Positions 27,645-35,668 of a stretch of 40,443 nucleotides of DNA are shown piece after piece. A program made the translations under genes and the position numbers. The notes beneath the pieces were generated by a model. The model had not been told where the DNA came from and did not search any database. It saw nothing but the letters and a program-made list of their open reading frames with translations. The stretch is from a virus. Numbering within the stretch: position 1 is the stretch's first letter; each line of letters opens with the position of its first letter. The stretch is from the IMG/VR virus record IMGVR_UViG_3300028841_000327; one strand, 5' to 3'.

Positions 27645-29026
27645 GAGTCCCCCTTCGCCAGCGCCGCGGGGCGTTCGGCGAGGAGCGCTCGCGCCTCCTT
27701 CTCGGCGCCATCGCAAAGGCGCTGGTGCCCGAGGGCGGCCTTCGCGGGCGTGCTCTCGTCGAGCATGACGATCGCGTCGACGATCGCGAGGCCGTTCGGC
27801 TCTCCGCGGAGCGCGCGGCGGCGCCACACGTCGGCGACCCGTTCGCGAGCCAGCGCGACCTCGCCCGGGGTGCAGGCCCCCGGCACGGGGACGTGGAAGA
27901 TCGGGAAGTGGTGCTGGAGACGCTGGACCCGAACGACGGCCGAGGGCCGGTCGTGCTCGAACGTGGCCACGACGTTCGCCGGACTGGTCGGGAGCCGCGC
28001 CTCGGCGCGGTAGCTGGTCATCTCGCCCTGACGCAGCAGTTGAAACGCGCTGTCGAGCGCGGGGCGGCGGAACTCGTCGAGCTGGTCGAGGAGCAGAACC
28101 CCCCGGTGGGCCAAGGAGACCTCGCCGAGGCGCATCGCGCGCGTCGCGAGGTTCCCGATGAGGCCCTGGTCGCTGACGGTGTGGTGGGGCGCCCGGAAGG
28201 GCCTGGACGAGACCGCACCATTCTCGAGCCCCATCGCCGCCGAGTGCACGGAGGTGACCTCAGTCCTCTCCTGCACCGAGAGAGGGGGCAGGAGGTGGAT
28301 CAGGCGCCGCGCGCAGAAGACACTCATCCGTCCGCTGAGCAAGAGGCCTGCCCCGGAGGCGGCCGCGATCTCGAGCACCCGGAGGGTCCGCGGGCTGAGG
28401 TGGGCGTGACCGTCGAACGACGAGTCGTCGTCGGGCATCGTCAGGGGCGGGGGCGGCGGGAACATGAAGCCCTCGGGGATCCCCTCGTGACGGCGCAGCT
28501 CGGTCAGGAGGTCCTGCACCGAGGCGACGTCGAGGAACCGAGACCCCGTCGGCTCCGCAGACCAGGCCTCCGCGGCGTTTCCGCGGGGGATGATCCAGAG
28601 GGCCCGGACCGCCGACCCGAGGGGGATGTTGTGCATCCGGCAGTAGGCGCCGCGGACGGGCTGGATGGCCCCGCTGAGGCTGACCGATCCGAACGAAGCG
28701 ATCTTCTCGAGGGCCGGCCCGATGCTGGTGGTCGGGTTGGGGATCTTGCCGAGGTGGGCGAGTACGCCGATCAGGACCGGGAGGTCGAGGCCGTGTCCGC
28801 CGCCATCGGTGGAGAGCGTGGGGATGGAGATCCCGATGCGCTCCGGGTCGATCTCCAGGCAGTGGAGGACGGAGCGAATGCGGATGCGCAGCTCCCCGGC
28901 CGCGTTCTCCGAGAGGCCGGTGATCTGCATCGAGGGGCCGTTCTCGGGGGTGAAGATCAGGATGGGGACGAGCTTGGCCTGGATGCCAACGAGCTCGACG
29001 CCGTACACACGGGTGGTGGTGGTCAT
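27641..29026 (-). CDS. ComM/YifB (Mg-chelatase-related AAA+) homologue with degenerate ATPase motifs (461 aa)
   Basis: ITGL...ELRIRIRS...GLDLPVLIGVL...GSVSLSGAIQPVRG...IIPRGN; LEIAAASG, LPPLS, RPFRAPHHTVS, GEVSLAHRGVLLLD; P-loop replaced by SGRMSVF, Walker B DE to DQ. Confidence 0.8.
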   Translation of the reverse strand: MTTTTRVYGVELVGIQAKLVPILIFTPENGPSMQITGLSENAAGELRIRIRSVLHCLEIDPERIGISIPTLSTDGGGHGLDLPVLIGVLAHLGKIPNPTTSIGPALEKIASFGSVSLSGAIQPVRGAYCRMHNIPLGSAVRALWIIPRGNAAEAWSAEPTGSRFLDVASVQDLLTELRRHEGIPEGFMFPPPPPLTMPDDDSSFDGHAHLSPRTLRVLEIAAASGAGLLLSGRMSVFCARRLIHLLPPLSVQERTEVTSVHSAAMGLENGAVSSRPFRAPHHTVSDQGLIGNLATRAMRLGEVSLAHRGVLLLDQLDEFRRPALDSAFQLLRQGEMTSYRAEARLPTSPANVVATFEHDRPSAVVRVQRLQHHFPIFHVPVPGACTPGEVALARERVADVWRRRALRGEPNGLAIVDAIVMLDESTPAKAALGHQRLCDGAEKEARALLAERPAALAKGDS

Positions 29027-29082
29027 GGTGCTCTTTCTGCTGCCCTTGCCTGGGCAACGTCAGGGATGGTGGTCGTGGTCGG

Positions 29083-29421
29083 TCACAGCTGAGCGAGGAG
29101 CGCCTCCAGGGTGGGGCGCAGGGTCGTGTCCTCCGCGAGGTACTCGTCGGGGTCTTCGTCGAGGTAGAACGTGGCGGCGTCCCGCGCGAGGCCTCGGATG
29201 GCCTCGGGCAGCACGCTGGGTGCCTTCATGCCGTTGCACCAGTCGATCGCCTCTTGGCACGTGGCGATGGCCTCGACATCGGCGGGGTCGTCGGCGCCCG
29301 GGTCCCTGACGAACCCGTCCGACCGGTAGTGGGAGTCGGCGAGACGCCAGTACATGTAGCTGTCCAAGGCCTCCGCGAGGGCGGGGGCCTCGTTCGTGGT
29401 CAGGGTGATGGGCTTGGGCAT
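29083..29421 (-). CDS. Acidic hypothetical protein (112 aa)
   Basis: AGGAGG RBS. Confidence 0.6.
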   Translation of the reverse strand: MPKPITLTTNEAPALAEALDSYMYWRLADSHYRSDGFVRDPGADDPADVEAIATCQEAIDWCNGMKAPSVLPEAIRGLARDAATFYLDEDPDEYLAEDTTLRPTLEALLAQL

Positions 29422-29431
29422 GAGGCGCCTC

Positions 29432-30109
29432 CTAGTGGCAAGCCTGCTTCTTGTTCAGGGTGGAGATGACGCAGCTGGACCCGGAGACGGTGCAGCTGTC
29501 GAGGAGCTTGCCGTTCGTGCCGCAGGCCGGCAGGGAGTCCTGCCAGTAGCCGCCGACCGAGCAGAAGGCGCCCACGACCTTGCAGGTGAGCAGGACGTTG
29601 CTCCAGCGCTCCTCGACCTTCCCGCTGCAGTTGTAGTCCCAAGACGATCCACCCGTAGGCGTCGTGTACGGGACGTCGAAGAAGGTCGTCTGGCCGACGA
29701 ACACGTCCTTGTTGCCGTCGTGGCAGTCCGTGCCACCGCACCGTGCGTCGGTCTGCCCGTCGCCATCGAGGTCGGGGCACGGGCCATCGGGCACGCCCGA
29801 GTCGATGGGGGGAGTACCGGTGTCGATGGGCGTGGTGTCGGGCGTCCCGGTGTCGAGCGTCCCCGTGTCGAGCCCGGTGTCCGGGGCGATGCCCGTGTCC
29901 GGGGCGATCCCGGTGTCGGGCTTGCCGGTGTCGGTCGGGAGGGCGTCGGGCGCGTCGGCGGCGTCCGCGTCGGCGCTCACGGCGCCCGTGTCGTCGGAGG
30001 TCTCTTCGGCGTCGTCCCCCCCGGAGTCGTCGCGCGCGGTGCCCACATTGAAGTCGGCGCCGCCGCAACCCACGAGCAGGAGCATGGTCAGGATCATGGT
30101 GGTCTTCAT
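29432..30109 (-). CDS. Myxobacterial-type lipoprotein with D-T-G repeats and putative metal-binding (MopE-related) Cys motif (225 aa)
   Basis: Lipobox MKTTMILTMLLLVG-C; DTGIAPDTGIAPDTG linker; CPDLDGDG...GTDCHD...WDYNCSG. Confidence 0.75.
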   Translation of the reverse strand: MKTTMILTMLLLVGCGGADFNVGTARDDSGGDDAEETSDDTGAVSADADAADAPDALPTDTGKPDTGIAPDTGIAPDTGLDTGTLDTGTPDTTPIDTGTPPIDSGVPDGPCPDLDGDGQTDARCGGTDCHDGNKDVFVGQTTFFDVPYTTPTGGSSWDYNCSGKVEERWSNVLLTCKVVGAFCSVGGYWQDSLPACGTNGKLLDSCTVSGSSCVISTLNKKQACH

Positions 30110-30112
30110 GGG

Positions 30113-30694
30113 TCACTCCTCGGAAGTCAGGAAGGGGCGGGCCTTGTCGGGATCCTCGACGTAGATCGCCGAGTACCAGTGGGTGCAGGCCTCACTGTAG
30201 AGGCCAACGGCGGTCAGCGCACGCCGGAGAGCCTCCGCGACGTGGAGCGAGAACTTGTCCTCGGGCTCGAAGAAGGAGCGGAGGTTGCCGCCATCGTAGA
30301 CGACGATGAGCAGGGAGGTGCCCCCGTACTGTTCGCCTCGCTCGCGCCAGCGCTTGGGCGAGTAGAAGCTGGTGCAGCCGCCCGTCCAGAACTTGGAGAC
30401 GGGCTCCGGGGCCATGTGGGAGGCCATCTGCTCGATGATGGTGCGCCAGGCGAGCTTGCCGAGCGGATCGAGGTCGGCGGGCATCGCGCTGGTGGTCTCG
30501 GCCATGTCGCGCACGAGCGACAGGTGGCGCTTCAGGACGCCCCACTCGCGATCGTTCTCGTCGAGCATCGCGCGGAGGCTCTTGACGGTGGTGTTCATCT
30601 CCGCCGCGACATCGGCCAGCAGGCCGCTGCTGCGCGGCAGTCCCAAGGCACGCACCTCGGAGACGAACCGGACCAGATCCTTGCGCGCGTTCAT
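30113..30694 (-). CDS. Hypothetical protein (193 aa)
   Basis: GGAGG RBS; TGGC..FYSP..W..RGE.YG..SLLIVVYDGG motif. Confidence 0.6.
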   Translation of the reverse strand: MNARKDLVRFVSEVRALGLPRSSGLLADVAAEMNTTVKSLRAMLDENDREWGVLKRHLSLVRDMAETTSAMPADLDPLGKLAWRTIIEQMASHMAPEPVSKFWTGGCTSFYSPKRWRERGEQYGGTSLLIVVYDGGNLRSFFEPEDKFSLHVAEALRRALTAVGLYSEACTHWYSAIYVEDPDKARPFLTSEE

Positions 30695-31128
30695 GACCGA
30701 CCTCCGAGGCGGAAGGTGGGCTGCGTGTCGAACGCCAGCGCTGCTACGCGCTCGTCGGCGAGGGCCGACGACGTGGAGAACGAGAGCCCGAGCGGCCACG
30801 GATCGTCCACGGCGAACGTGACCTTGACCGCGGTCCGCGGCTGAGCCTCGTCGCCGAGGAGCGCGAAGGCGTCTTGGACGCACTGGGCCTTCAGCGTCTC
30901 GATGCGCTTGGCGCGCCGATCGCTGGCCCACGACCGCTGGCCCACGACGAGGTCGGCCAACGTCTGGCCGTTGCGGTGGATCCGCATGATGATCTCGGCG
31001 ACCTGCTGGGCCTGTTCGGCGGCGAGGAAGTCGGCCCGAGCTTCGGGCCCGGTCTCGGCCTTGGCGCGGATTCGGGCGACGTAGGCGGCGAGCGTCGACA
31101 TGGCGACGCACTGGGCTGTGCTGGGCAT
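30691..31128 (-). CDS. Hypothetical protein (145 aa)
   Basis: Preceded by CCGCAGAAAGG element. Confidence 0.6.
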   Translation of the reverse strand: MPSTAQCVAMSTLAAYVARIRAKAETGPEARADFLAAEQAQQVAEIIMRIHRNGQTLADLVVGQRSWASDRRAKRIETLKAQCVQDAFALLGDEAQPRTAVKVTFAVDDPWPLGLSFSTSSALADERVAALAFDTQPTFRLGGRS

Positions 31129-31160
31129 GATGTGGCCTTTCTGCGGGGTACGGCCCGCGT
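31129..31160 (-). promoter_or_regulatory. Minimal start-associated element (hairpin C + SD)
   Basis: GCGGG-CCGTAC-CCCGC-AGAAAGG-CCACATC-ATG. Confidence 0.6.
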
Positions 31161-31178
31161 CCGATGTGGCAGGAAGTG

Positions 31179-31412
31179 TCAGGAGTTGAGAAACGCGCGA
31201 ACCGCCGTGAGGGTGGGGCTGATCCCACAGGCTTTGGCGGCGCGCTTCATGGCGGGGCCGGTGCTGGCGTTGCCCTTGGCGTACGCAGGGATCATCTTGG
31301 CGACGACCTGCGGCACGCCGTCCACCGTGTAGGCGTAGTCGTCGGGCTTGGTGGTGACGAAGTGGGTCAGCGCCTCGGTGTAGGCGGCGGCGAAGCGTTC
31401 GGTGTTGGTCAT
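31179..31412 (-). CDS. Hypothetical protein (77 aa)
   Basis: GAGGA RBS. Confidence 0.6.
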   Translation of the reverse strand: MTNTERFAAAYTEALTHFVTTKPDDYAYTVDGVPQVVAKMIPAYAKGNASTGPAMKRAAKACGISPTLTAVRAFLNS

Positions 31413-31427
31413 GTGGACGGGATCCTC

Positions 31428-31955
31428 TCAGGGTTTGACGAACTCGCGTTCCGCCACCGTCAGCGTGGCCCACCCTGGGCGCAGGTGACGGTCGTCGCCG
31501 AGCAGGACCGTCTGGCCACACCCGGAGACCACGTACTGCTCGCCGCGCCTCGCCTGGACTTTGGCGGCGTGCTTGCGGATGCTCTCGACGAGGTCGGCCC
31601 GGATGTCGGGCTGCTCCTCCAGCTTGAGCGTGGCGAAGCACAGGAACGCGAGGCGCTTGTAGTCGCCGTGCACCTCGACGGTGCGATCGGCGTACACGAG
31701 GCCGGTGCTGAACACGCCGATGAACAGCGGGTCGACCTCCGGCTCGGGCTCGGCCGGGCGGGACTGCCAGCTGATGGTCTGCCCTTCCGCGAGCCGCTTG
31801 GTCTCGGCGCGCGTGAGCTTGCGGCACGGTGTGCCCCCGGACTTGCGCTTCGCGCTGCACTTCGTGCAGTACACGAACCCCTTGTTGTCGATGTGCGTCA
31901 CGGCACCCTCGCAGGTCTTCTCCATGTCGCACTGGAGCTTGTCGGTGGTGATCAC
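31428..31955 (-). CDS. Hypothetical protein with N-terminal Cys cluster (175 aa, GTG start)
   Basis: CDM..TC...VTHIDNKGFVYC..C; GGAGG RBS, GTGA coupling. Confidence 0.55.
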   Translation of the reverse strand: MITTDKLQCDMEKTCEGAVTHIDNKGFVYCTKCSAKRKSGGTPCRKLTRAETKRLAEGQTISWQSRPAEPEPEVDPLFIGVFSTGLVYADRTVEVHGDYKRLAFLCFATLKLEEQPDIRADLVESIRKHAAKVQARRGEQYVVSGCGQTVLLGDDRHLRPGWATLTVAEREFVKP

Positions 31956-32494
31956 GGGATGTCCTCCACGTCTTCTAGTTCGAGCTGCGCGGCCGTCTCG
32001 GCCCGCGCGACCTCTTCGTTGTCGAAGCGGACCGCGGCCTCGCGCGCTTCGGCGCAGCCGGACGAGCAGAAGCGCTCGTCCTCCAAGTCCTGCATCATGT
32101 AGCTCTCGACGGGGAGCAGCTCGCCGCACTGGTCACACTTCGGCATGCCGTCGCGGATCTTCTGGGCCCGCTCGAGCGCGTTCTCTTCGGTGACGTCCGG
32201 GAAGGGACAGGTGGCCCCGGCCGTGAATCCGAAGCCGAGTTCGATCGGCTCGTCCGGGTCACCCCCGGCCTTGCGGAGCGAGACCCACGCCTTGCGCACC
32301 GCGATGGCGGCCTCGACGGCCTCCACGGGATCGCGGAAGGTGCGGCCCTCCCCAAGCGCCTTGAGAGCGCGGTGTGGCGTGAGTTCCCCGGGGTTGGAGT
32401 AGTTGGGGCCGCCCTGGGCGACCTCGACGGAGAGCGTGCCTTCCGGCCAGGCGCGCTGGCGGGAGACGTAGAACTGCATGATGTCCTTGCTCAT
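31952..32494 (-). CDS. Hypothetical protein with C-terminal TRASH/MYM-like Zn finger (180 aa)
   Basis: CDQCG...RFCSSGC; GAGG RBS. Confidence 0.6.
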   Translation of the reverse strand: MSKDIMQFYVSRQRAWPEGTLSVEVAQGGPNYSNPGELTPHRALKALGEGRTFRDPVEAVEAAIAVRKAWVSLRKAGGDPDEPIELGFGFTAGATCPFPDVTEENALERAQKIRDGMPKCDQCGELLPVESYMMQDLEDERFCSSGCAEAREAAVRFDNEEVARAETAAQLELEDVEDIP

Positions 32495-32502
32495 GGTGGA
32501 CC

Positions 32503-32712
32503 TCACGTGTGGATGTGGCCGTCGTTCTCGACGCCGACGTACATCCCGTGCCGGTAGAAGAACCAGTTGCAGTTCAGGGTGTCGTACTTGATCTCCGCGA
32601 GGATCGCGTCTGCGTCGGCGGGGTACGCCTTGCGGATCGAGGCCTGGACGGCCTCGTCGGGGATCAGCGGACTGCCGGCCTTGATGGCCGCGACGATCTG
32701 GGCGTGTTGCAT
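32503..32712 (-). CDS. Hypothetical protein (69 aa)
   Basis: Preceded by CCGCAGAAAGG element; C-terminal GMYVGVENDGHIHT. Confidence 0.65.
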   Translation of the reverse strand: MQHAQIVAAIKAGSPLIPDEAVQASIRKAYPADADAILAEIKYDTLNCNWFFYRHGMYVGVENDGHIHT

Positions 32713-32844
32713 GGGAACCGTTGCCTTTCTGCGGGTGTTGACCGCGCCGAAGCACCCGACGCCGCCCCGGGGGGGGGAGGGAACGACGTCGAGTGCTTCG
32801 GTGCGGTGGCGAGCGGGAAGAACACCATGAGCAGACCGCTCGCC
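32713..32844 (-). promoter_or_regulatory. Full A-B-C intergenic structural element with C-rich apical loop
   Basis: A GGCGAGCGG..CCGCTCGCC; B ACCGCACCGAAGCACTCGACGTCG..CGGCGTCGGGTGCTTCGGCGCGGT; C GCGG..CCGC then AGAAAGG. Confidence 0.7.
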
Positions 32845-32871
32845 CCGAGACCGTAAGCACCTCCTTTCTGC

Positions 32872-33054
32872 TTAGACGACAGAGCACGAAGAGCCGATGA
32901 GACGACACGTGAAGCACGCCGAGTCGTGCCACGTGTAGATGGCGAAGCGGCAGTGTGGCCGCCCGCACACGGGAACCTCCGGGTAGCACACGTCTCCGTG
33001 TGCCATCGCCGTTGCGGTGGCCTGCTCGGGGCGCGTGAGCTTGGCGACGAACAT
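32872..33054 (-). CDS. Small Cys-rich protein (60 aa)
   Basis: TGATG coupling and GC-rich third positions, but the region is also strongly self-complementary. Confidence 0.4.
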   Translation of the reverse strand: MFVAKLTRPEQATATAMAHGDVCYPEVPVCGRPHCRFAIYTWHDSACFTCRLIGSSCSVV

Positions 33055-33368
33055 CACTCGGCCGCCTGGTCGACGGGCTGGTTCGCCTTGACCACGGACC
33101 CGAGGAGGTCGAAGAGCCCGGCCAGCGCATGGCCGGCCTTGACCGCGGCCATGAGTTCGGACCAGTGCTCGTCCGCGTCCTCCGTGCGGGCGAGGAACGC
33201 CAGCTGGTGGACGATGAGCCGCACCGCGGGGTCCTTGGCGGGCTGGACGCCCTCGTCGCGGGCGGCGTTGGCCGCGCTCACGAGCGCATGGGCGATGCCG
33301 CTGATGTTGCAGGCGCCGCCTTGGATGCCCTCGGCGGCGTAGAAACGACTGCGGGTGAACTGGATCAT
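33054..33368 (-). CDS. Hypothetical protein (104 aa)
   Basis: Preceded by element; Q.ACN.SGI...DPAVRLIVHQLAFL motif. Confidence 0.65.
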   Translation of the reverse strand: MIQFTRSRFYAAEGIQGGACNISGIAHALVSAANAARDEGVQPAKDPAVRLIVHQLAFLARTEDADEHWSELMAAVKAGHALAGLFDLLGSVVKANQPVDQAAE

Positions 33369-33484
33369 GATCGTGGCCTTTCTGCGGGATGGGCCCGCGA
33401 CGAAGCACGCGACCCCGCTACCCCGGGGGGGTGTGGGGAACAGACAGTCGCGTGCTTCGTCGCGAGGGCGACCCGAGGTCGCCC
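33369..33484 (-). promoter_or_regulatory. Full A-B-C intergenic structural element with C-rich apical loop
   Basis: A GGGCGACC-TCG-GGTCGCCC; B 20-bp CTCGCGACGAAGCACGCGAC/GTCGCGTGCTTCGTCGCGGG; C GCGGG-CCCAT-CCCGC then AGAAAGG. Confidence 0.75.
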
Positions 33485-33491
33485 CCACCGG

Positions 33492-33986
33492 TCAGGCGTC
33501 AGTTGCAGCTTGGAGCTGCGCCCCGAGCACTTGGACCGCATCGGCGGCCGACTTCGCAGCCTTCGCGGCCGCCTCCTTCGCGAGCCGCACCTTGACCACC
33601 TTGATGATCATCTGGAGTTCCTGCACCTGCTCCGGGCGGAGACCCGCCGCGAAGCGCTCGAGGAACAGTTCGGCCTTGTCGAAGTCGTATCCCGAGAGGC
33701 CGTGCCAGTGGACGTGGCCCTTCTCGTCCTTGAACATCGCCCCGAAGGGGTTGTACGTCGAGGCGTGGGGCTTGTTCCAGAACTCGCCCTCGCGCTTCGG
33801 ATTCGTGGTCTGCGAGACGAACCGAGTCCCCTTGCGCGGGTGGACGTCCAGCCAGTAGCGGATCTTGCACCGAAGCGAGCGGCCGTATGGGTAGTCCTCC
33901 ACCAGCAAGGCGGTCTCGGGCGAGTAGTGCCCGGAGAGGACTTCGACGACGTTCGCGAACGGATCGGGCTTGTCTCCGATGATCAT
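33492..33986 (-). CDS. Hypothetical protein (164 aa)
   Basis: GHYSPETA.LV.DYPYG..LRC.IRYW...GTRFV.QTTNPK....WNKP.ASTY motif; preceded by element. Confidence 0.7.
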   Translation of the reverse strand: MIIGDKPDPFANVVEVLSGHYSPETALLVEDYPYGRSLRCKIRYWLDVHPRKGTRFVSQTTNPKREGEFWNKPHASTYNPFGAMFKDEKGHVHWHGLSGYDFDKAELFLERFAAGLRPEQVQELQMIIKVVKVRLAKEAAAKAAKSAADAVQVLGAQLQAATDA

Positions 33987-34016
33987 GACGTGGGCCTTTC
34001 TGCGGCGGAGCCGCGC
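33987..34016 (-). promoter_or_regulatory. Minimal start-associated element (hairpin C + SD)
   Basis: GCGG-CTCCG-CCGC-AGAAAGG-CCCACGTC-ATG. Confidence 0.6.
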
Positions 34017-34724
34017 TCAGAACTGGGGCCGAGCAGGCAGCGGCGCCTGCTCGATCATGGCGAGCACCTCGGCGGCGCTCGCGGGGGGAACGGGGAGCGC
34101 GCCGACCTTCGGGCGCCCGTAGGCACACGACACGGCGGTGTCGATGTCGGCGAGGCAGCTCGGGTGTCCCGAGCACCGCGCGAGGCCGACGTAGTGTCGA
34201 TCGCGGTACAGGCCCTCGGCCTTCTGCGTCGCGGCGCGGGCCGCGTGAACGTTCGTGGCCGCGTCCCACTGCCTCCGCGAGAGGGGCGAGGGGTACTTGC
34301 GGTCCTCTGGCGGGGTCTCGATCCAGGCGAGGATCTGGTCGCGGAGCTTCATGCGAAACTCCGACTTGAGCTTGGCGCCGAGGAGGGCGCAGGCGGTGGC
34401 GCGCTCGACGCTGCCGCCGATCCGCTTGAGGCCGCGCTGCCACGCCTCGGGCCATCGGGGGTCGGCCCAGGCCCACACGTACTTCCAGTCCACCACGGAG
34501 CCGACCCACTCCTCGGGCTTGAGCCACGAGGGGAGGACGACGTCGTGACGCTCGTACTTGTGGCACTCGACGGGCATGTCGAAGTCGAAGCCCGCGCAGT
34601 AGGTCGCCATGACCTTGAGCAGCGGCTCGTCCTCCGCGCGCCAAGGGCGCAGGGGACTCGCGGGCGTGGGGGCGTTCTCCCCGTCCTTCACGAAGAGGAA
34701 CGAGGTCGCCGTGAACAGGGCCAC
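34017..34724 (-). CDS. Hypothetical protein (235 aa, GTG start)
   Basis: Co-oriented; KSEFR..LRDQI..W..TPPE.RKY.SPLS.RQW motif. Confidence 0.6.
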   Translation of the reverse strand: MALFTATSFLFVKDGENAPTPASPLRPWRAEDEPLLKVMATYCAGFDFDMPVECHKYERHDVVLPSWLKPEEWVGSVVDWKYVWAWADPRWPEAWQRGLKRIGGSVERATACALLGAKLKSEFRMKLRDQILAWIETPPEDRKYPSPLSRRQWDAATNVHAARAATQKAEGLYRDRHYVGLARCSGHPSCLADIDTAVSCAYGRPKVGALPVPPASAAEVLAMIEQAPLPARPQF

Positions 34725-34734
34725 GGCGACGCCC

Positions 34735-35013
34735 TCAGTGCCCCGCCGAGCGGTCGACCCGCTCCGCGAAGTAGCGGCCGCGGTTCGCCCGGTCGGGCCA
34801 GAACGCGACGATGGGGACGTTGTCGCCCTCGCCCTCGACGATGCCGAAGGCCGCGTAGACGGTCTCGCCGCCCGCGAGCTTGACCGTCCGGTGCATGAAG
34901 GCCGGGGGGAGCATGTCGAGGAACTCGTCGGCGAGCCCCTCCGTGACCTCCACCCGCTCGCCCTTGCGGATCGCTTCGTAGAACGCCTTACGGTCGCCAT
35001 CGCCGGTGAACAT
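34735..35013 (-). CDS. Hypothetical protein, possibly DUF1419-like (92 aa); internal start in the 34735-35286 frame
   Basis: Own CCGCAGAAAGG SD; EVTE..ADEFLDMLPP.FM...FG..EG.....AFW...GRYF. Confidence 0.5.
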   Translation of the reverse strand: MFTGDGDRKAFYEAIRKGERVEVTEGLADEFLDMLPPAFMHRTVKLAGGETVYAAFGIVEGEGDNVPIVAFWPDRANRGRYFAERVDRSAGH

Positions 35014-35286
35014 GGTGGGCCTTTCTGCGGGACTTCCCCCGCGTGGTTCTGCGTCGGAAGGGGAGCACCCCCATGCCTTGAAGGCCAGACCGTAGTCTGT
35101 CCCTTCGGCCTTGCGGATCGTGACGAGCGTGTTCCAGCACGCGCCGTCCACGTCGACGCCATCGTCGGTGTCGACGTAGACGTGCTCGGTGCCAGCGCGG
35201 GCGATGAGCCCGGCCCGCTGGCATGCATCGGTGATCTGGCCGACGAGGGTCGGACCGGTCCACGCCCGGATGCGGAAGCGGGCCAT
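34735..35286 (-). CDS. Read-through fusion ORF (183 aa) spanning a degenerate intergenic element
   Basis: TGATG-coupled start at 35286; no stop before internal SD/ATG at 35013. Confidence 0.45.
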   Translation of the reverse strand: MARFRIRAWTGPTLVGQITDACQRAGLIARAGTEHVYVDTDDGVDVDGACWNTLVTIRKAEGTDYGLAFKAWGCSPSDAEPRGGSPAERPTMFTGDGDRKAFYEAIRKGERVEVTEGLADEFLDMLPPAFMHRTVKLAGGETVYAAFGIVEGEGDNVPIVAFWPDRANRGRYFAERVDRSAGH

Positions 35287-35576
35287 CAGCTGGCCCTCTG
35301 CGCGTCCTCGACCTCGGCCTCGCGGCGGGTCGTGGCGACCGTGACGACGGCCACCGGGGACACCTTGCGGATGTCGACCCAGAGCGAGCGGGCGTCACCC
35401 AGCGTGTGGCTGTTCCCCGTCGAGAAGTAGACGGCCTGGGGTTTGAACCAGAGCCGCGTGACCCCGTCCGGGGACGTGGCGTGCGGCACCTTGAGGGGGC
35501 CAGAGATGGCCCACCCGGTCGCACGGAGGTGCGCGATCAGTTCCTCGCGCGCCTTGGCAAAAGTCTTCTGCGACAT
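35286..35576 (-). CDS. Hypothetical protein (96 aa)
   Basis: Preceded by element; LKVPHATSPDG..RLWFKPQAVY motif. Confidence 0.65.
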   Translation of the reverse strand: MSQKTFAKAREELIAHLRATGWAISGPLKVPHATSPDGVTRLWFKPQAVYFSTGNSHTLGDARSLWVDIRKVSPVAVVTVATTRREAEVEDAQRAS

Positions 35577-35660
35577 GACGTGTCCTTTCTGCGGCGAAGC
35601 CGCGCCGAAAGGCTCCACGAGGTGGAACCCTTCGGTGCGGGGGCGAGCGCTGGGCTCGCC
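35577..35660 (-). promoter_or_regulatory. Full A-B-C intergenic structural element
   Basis: A GGCGAGC..GCTCGCC; B CCGCACCGAAGGGTTCCAC-CTC-GTGGAGCCTTTCGGCGCGG; C GCGGC-TTC-GCCGC then AGAAAGG. Confidence 0.75.
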
Positions 35661-35668
35661 ACACCGTG

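Noticed and set aside
27641-29026. Functional comM, or a host comM remnant at an integration site
   Set aside because: Catalytic motifs are lost, yet the frame is near full length, coupled to its downstream neighbour and embedded mid-operon with no att or integrase evidence
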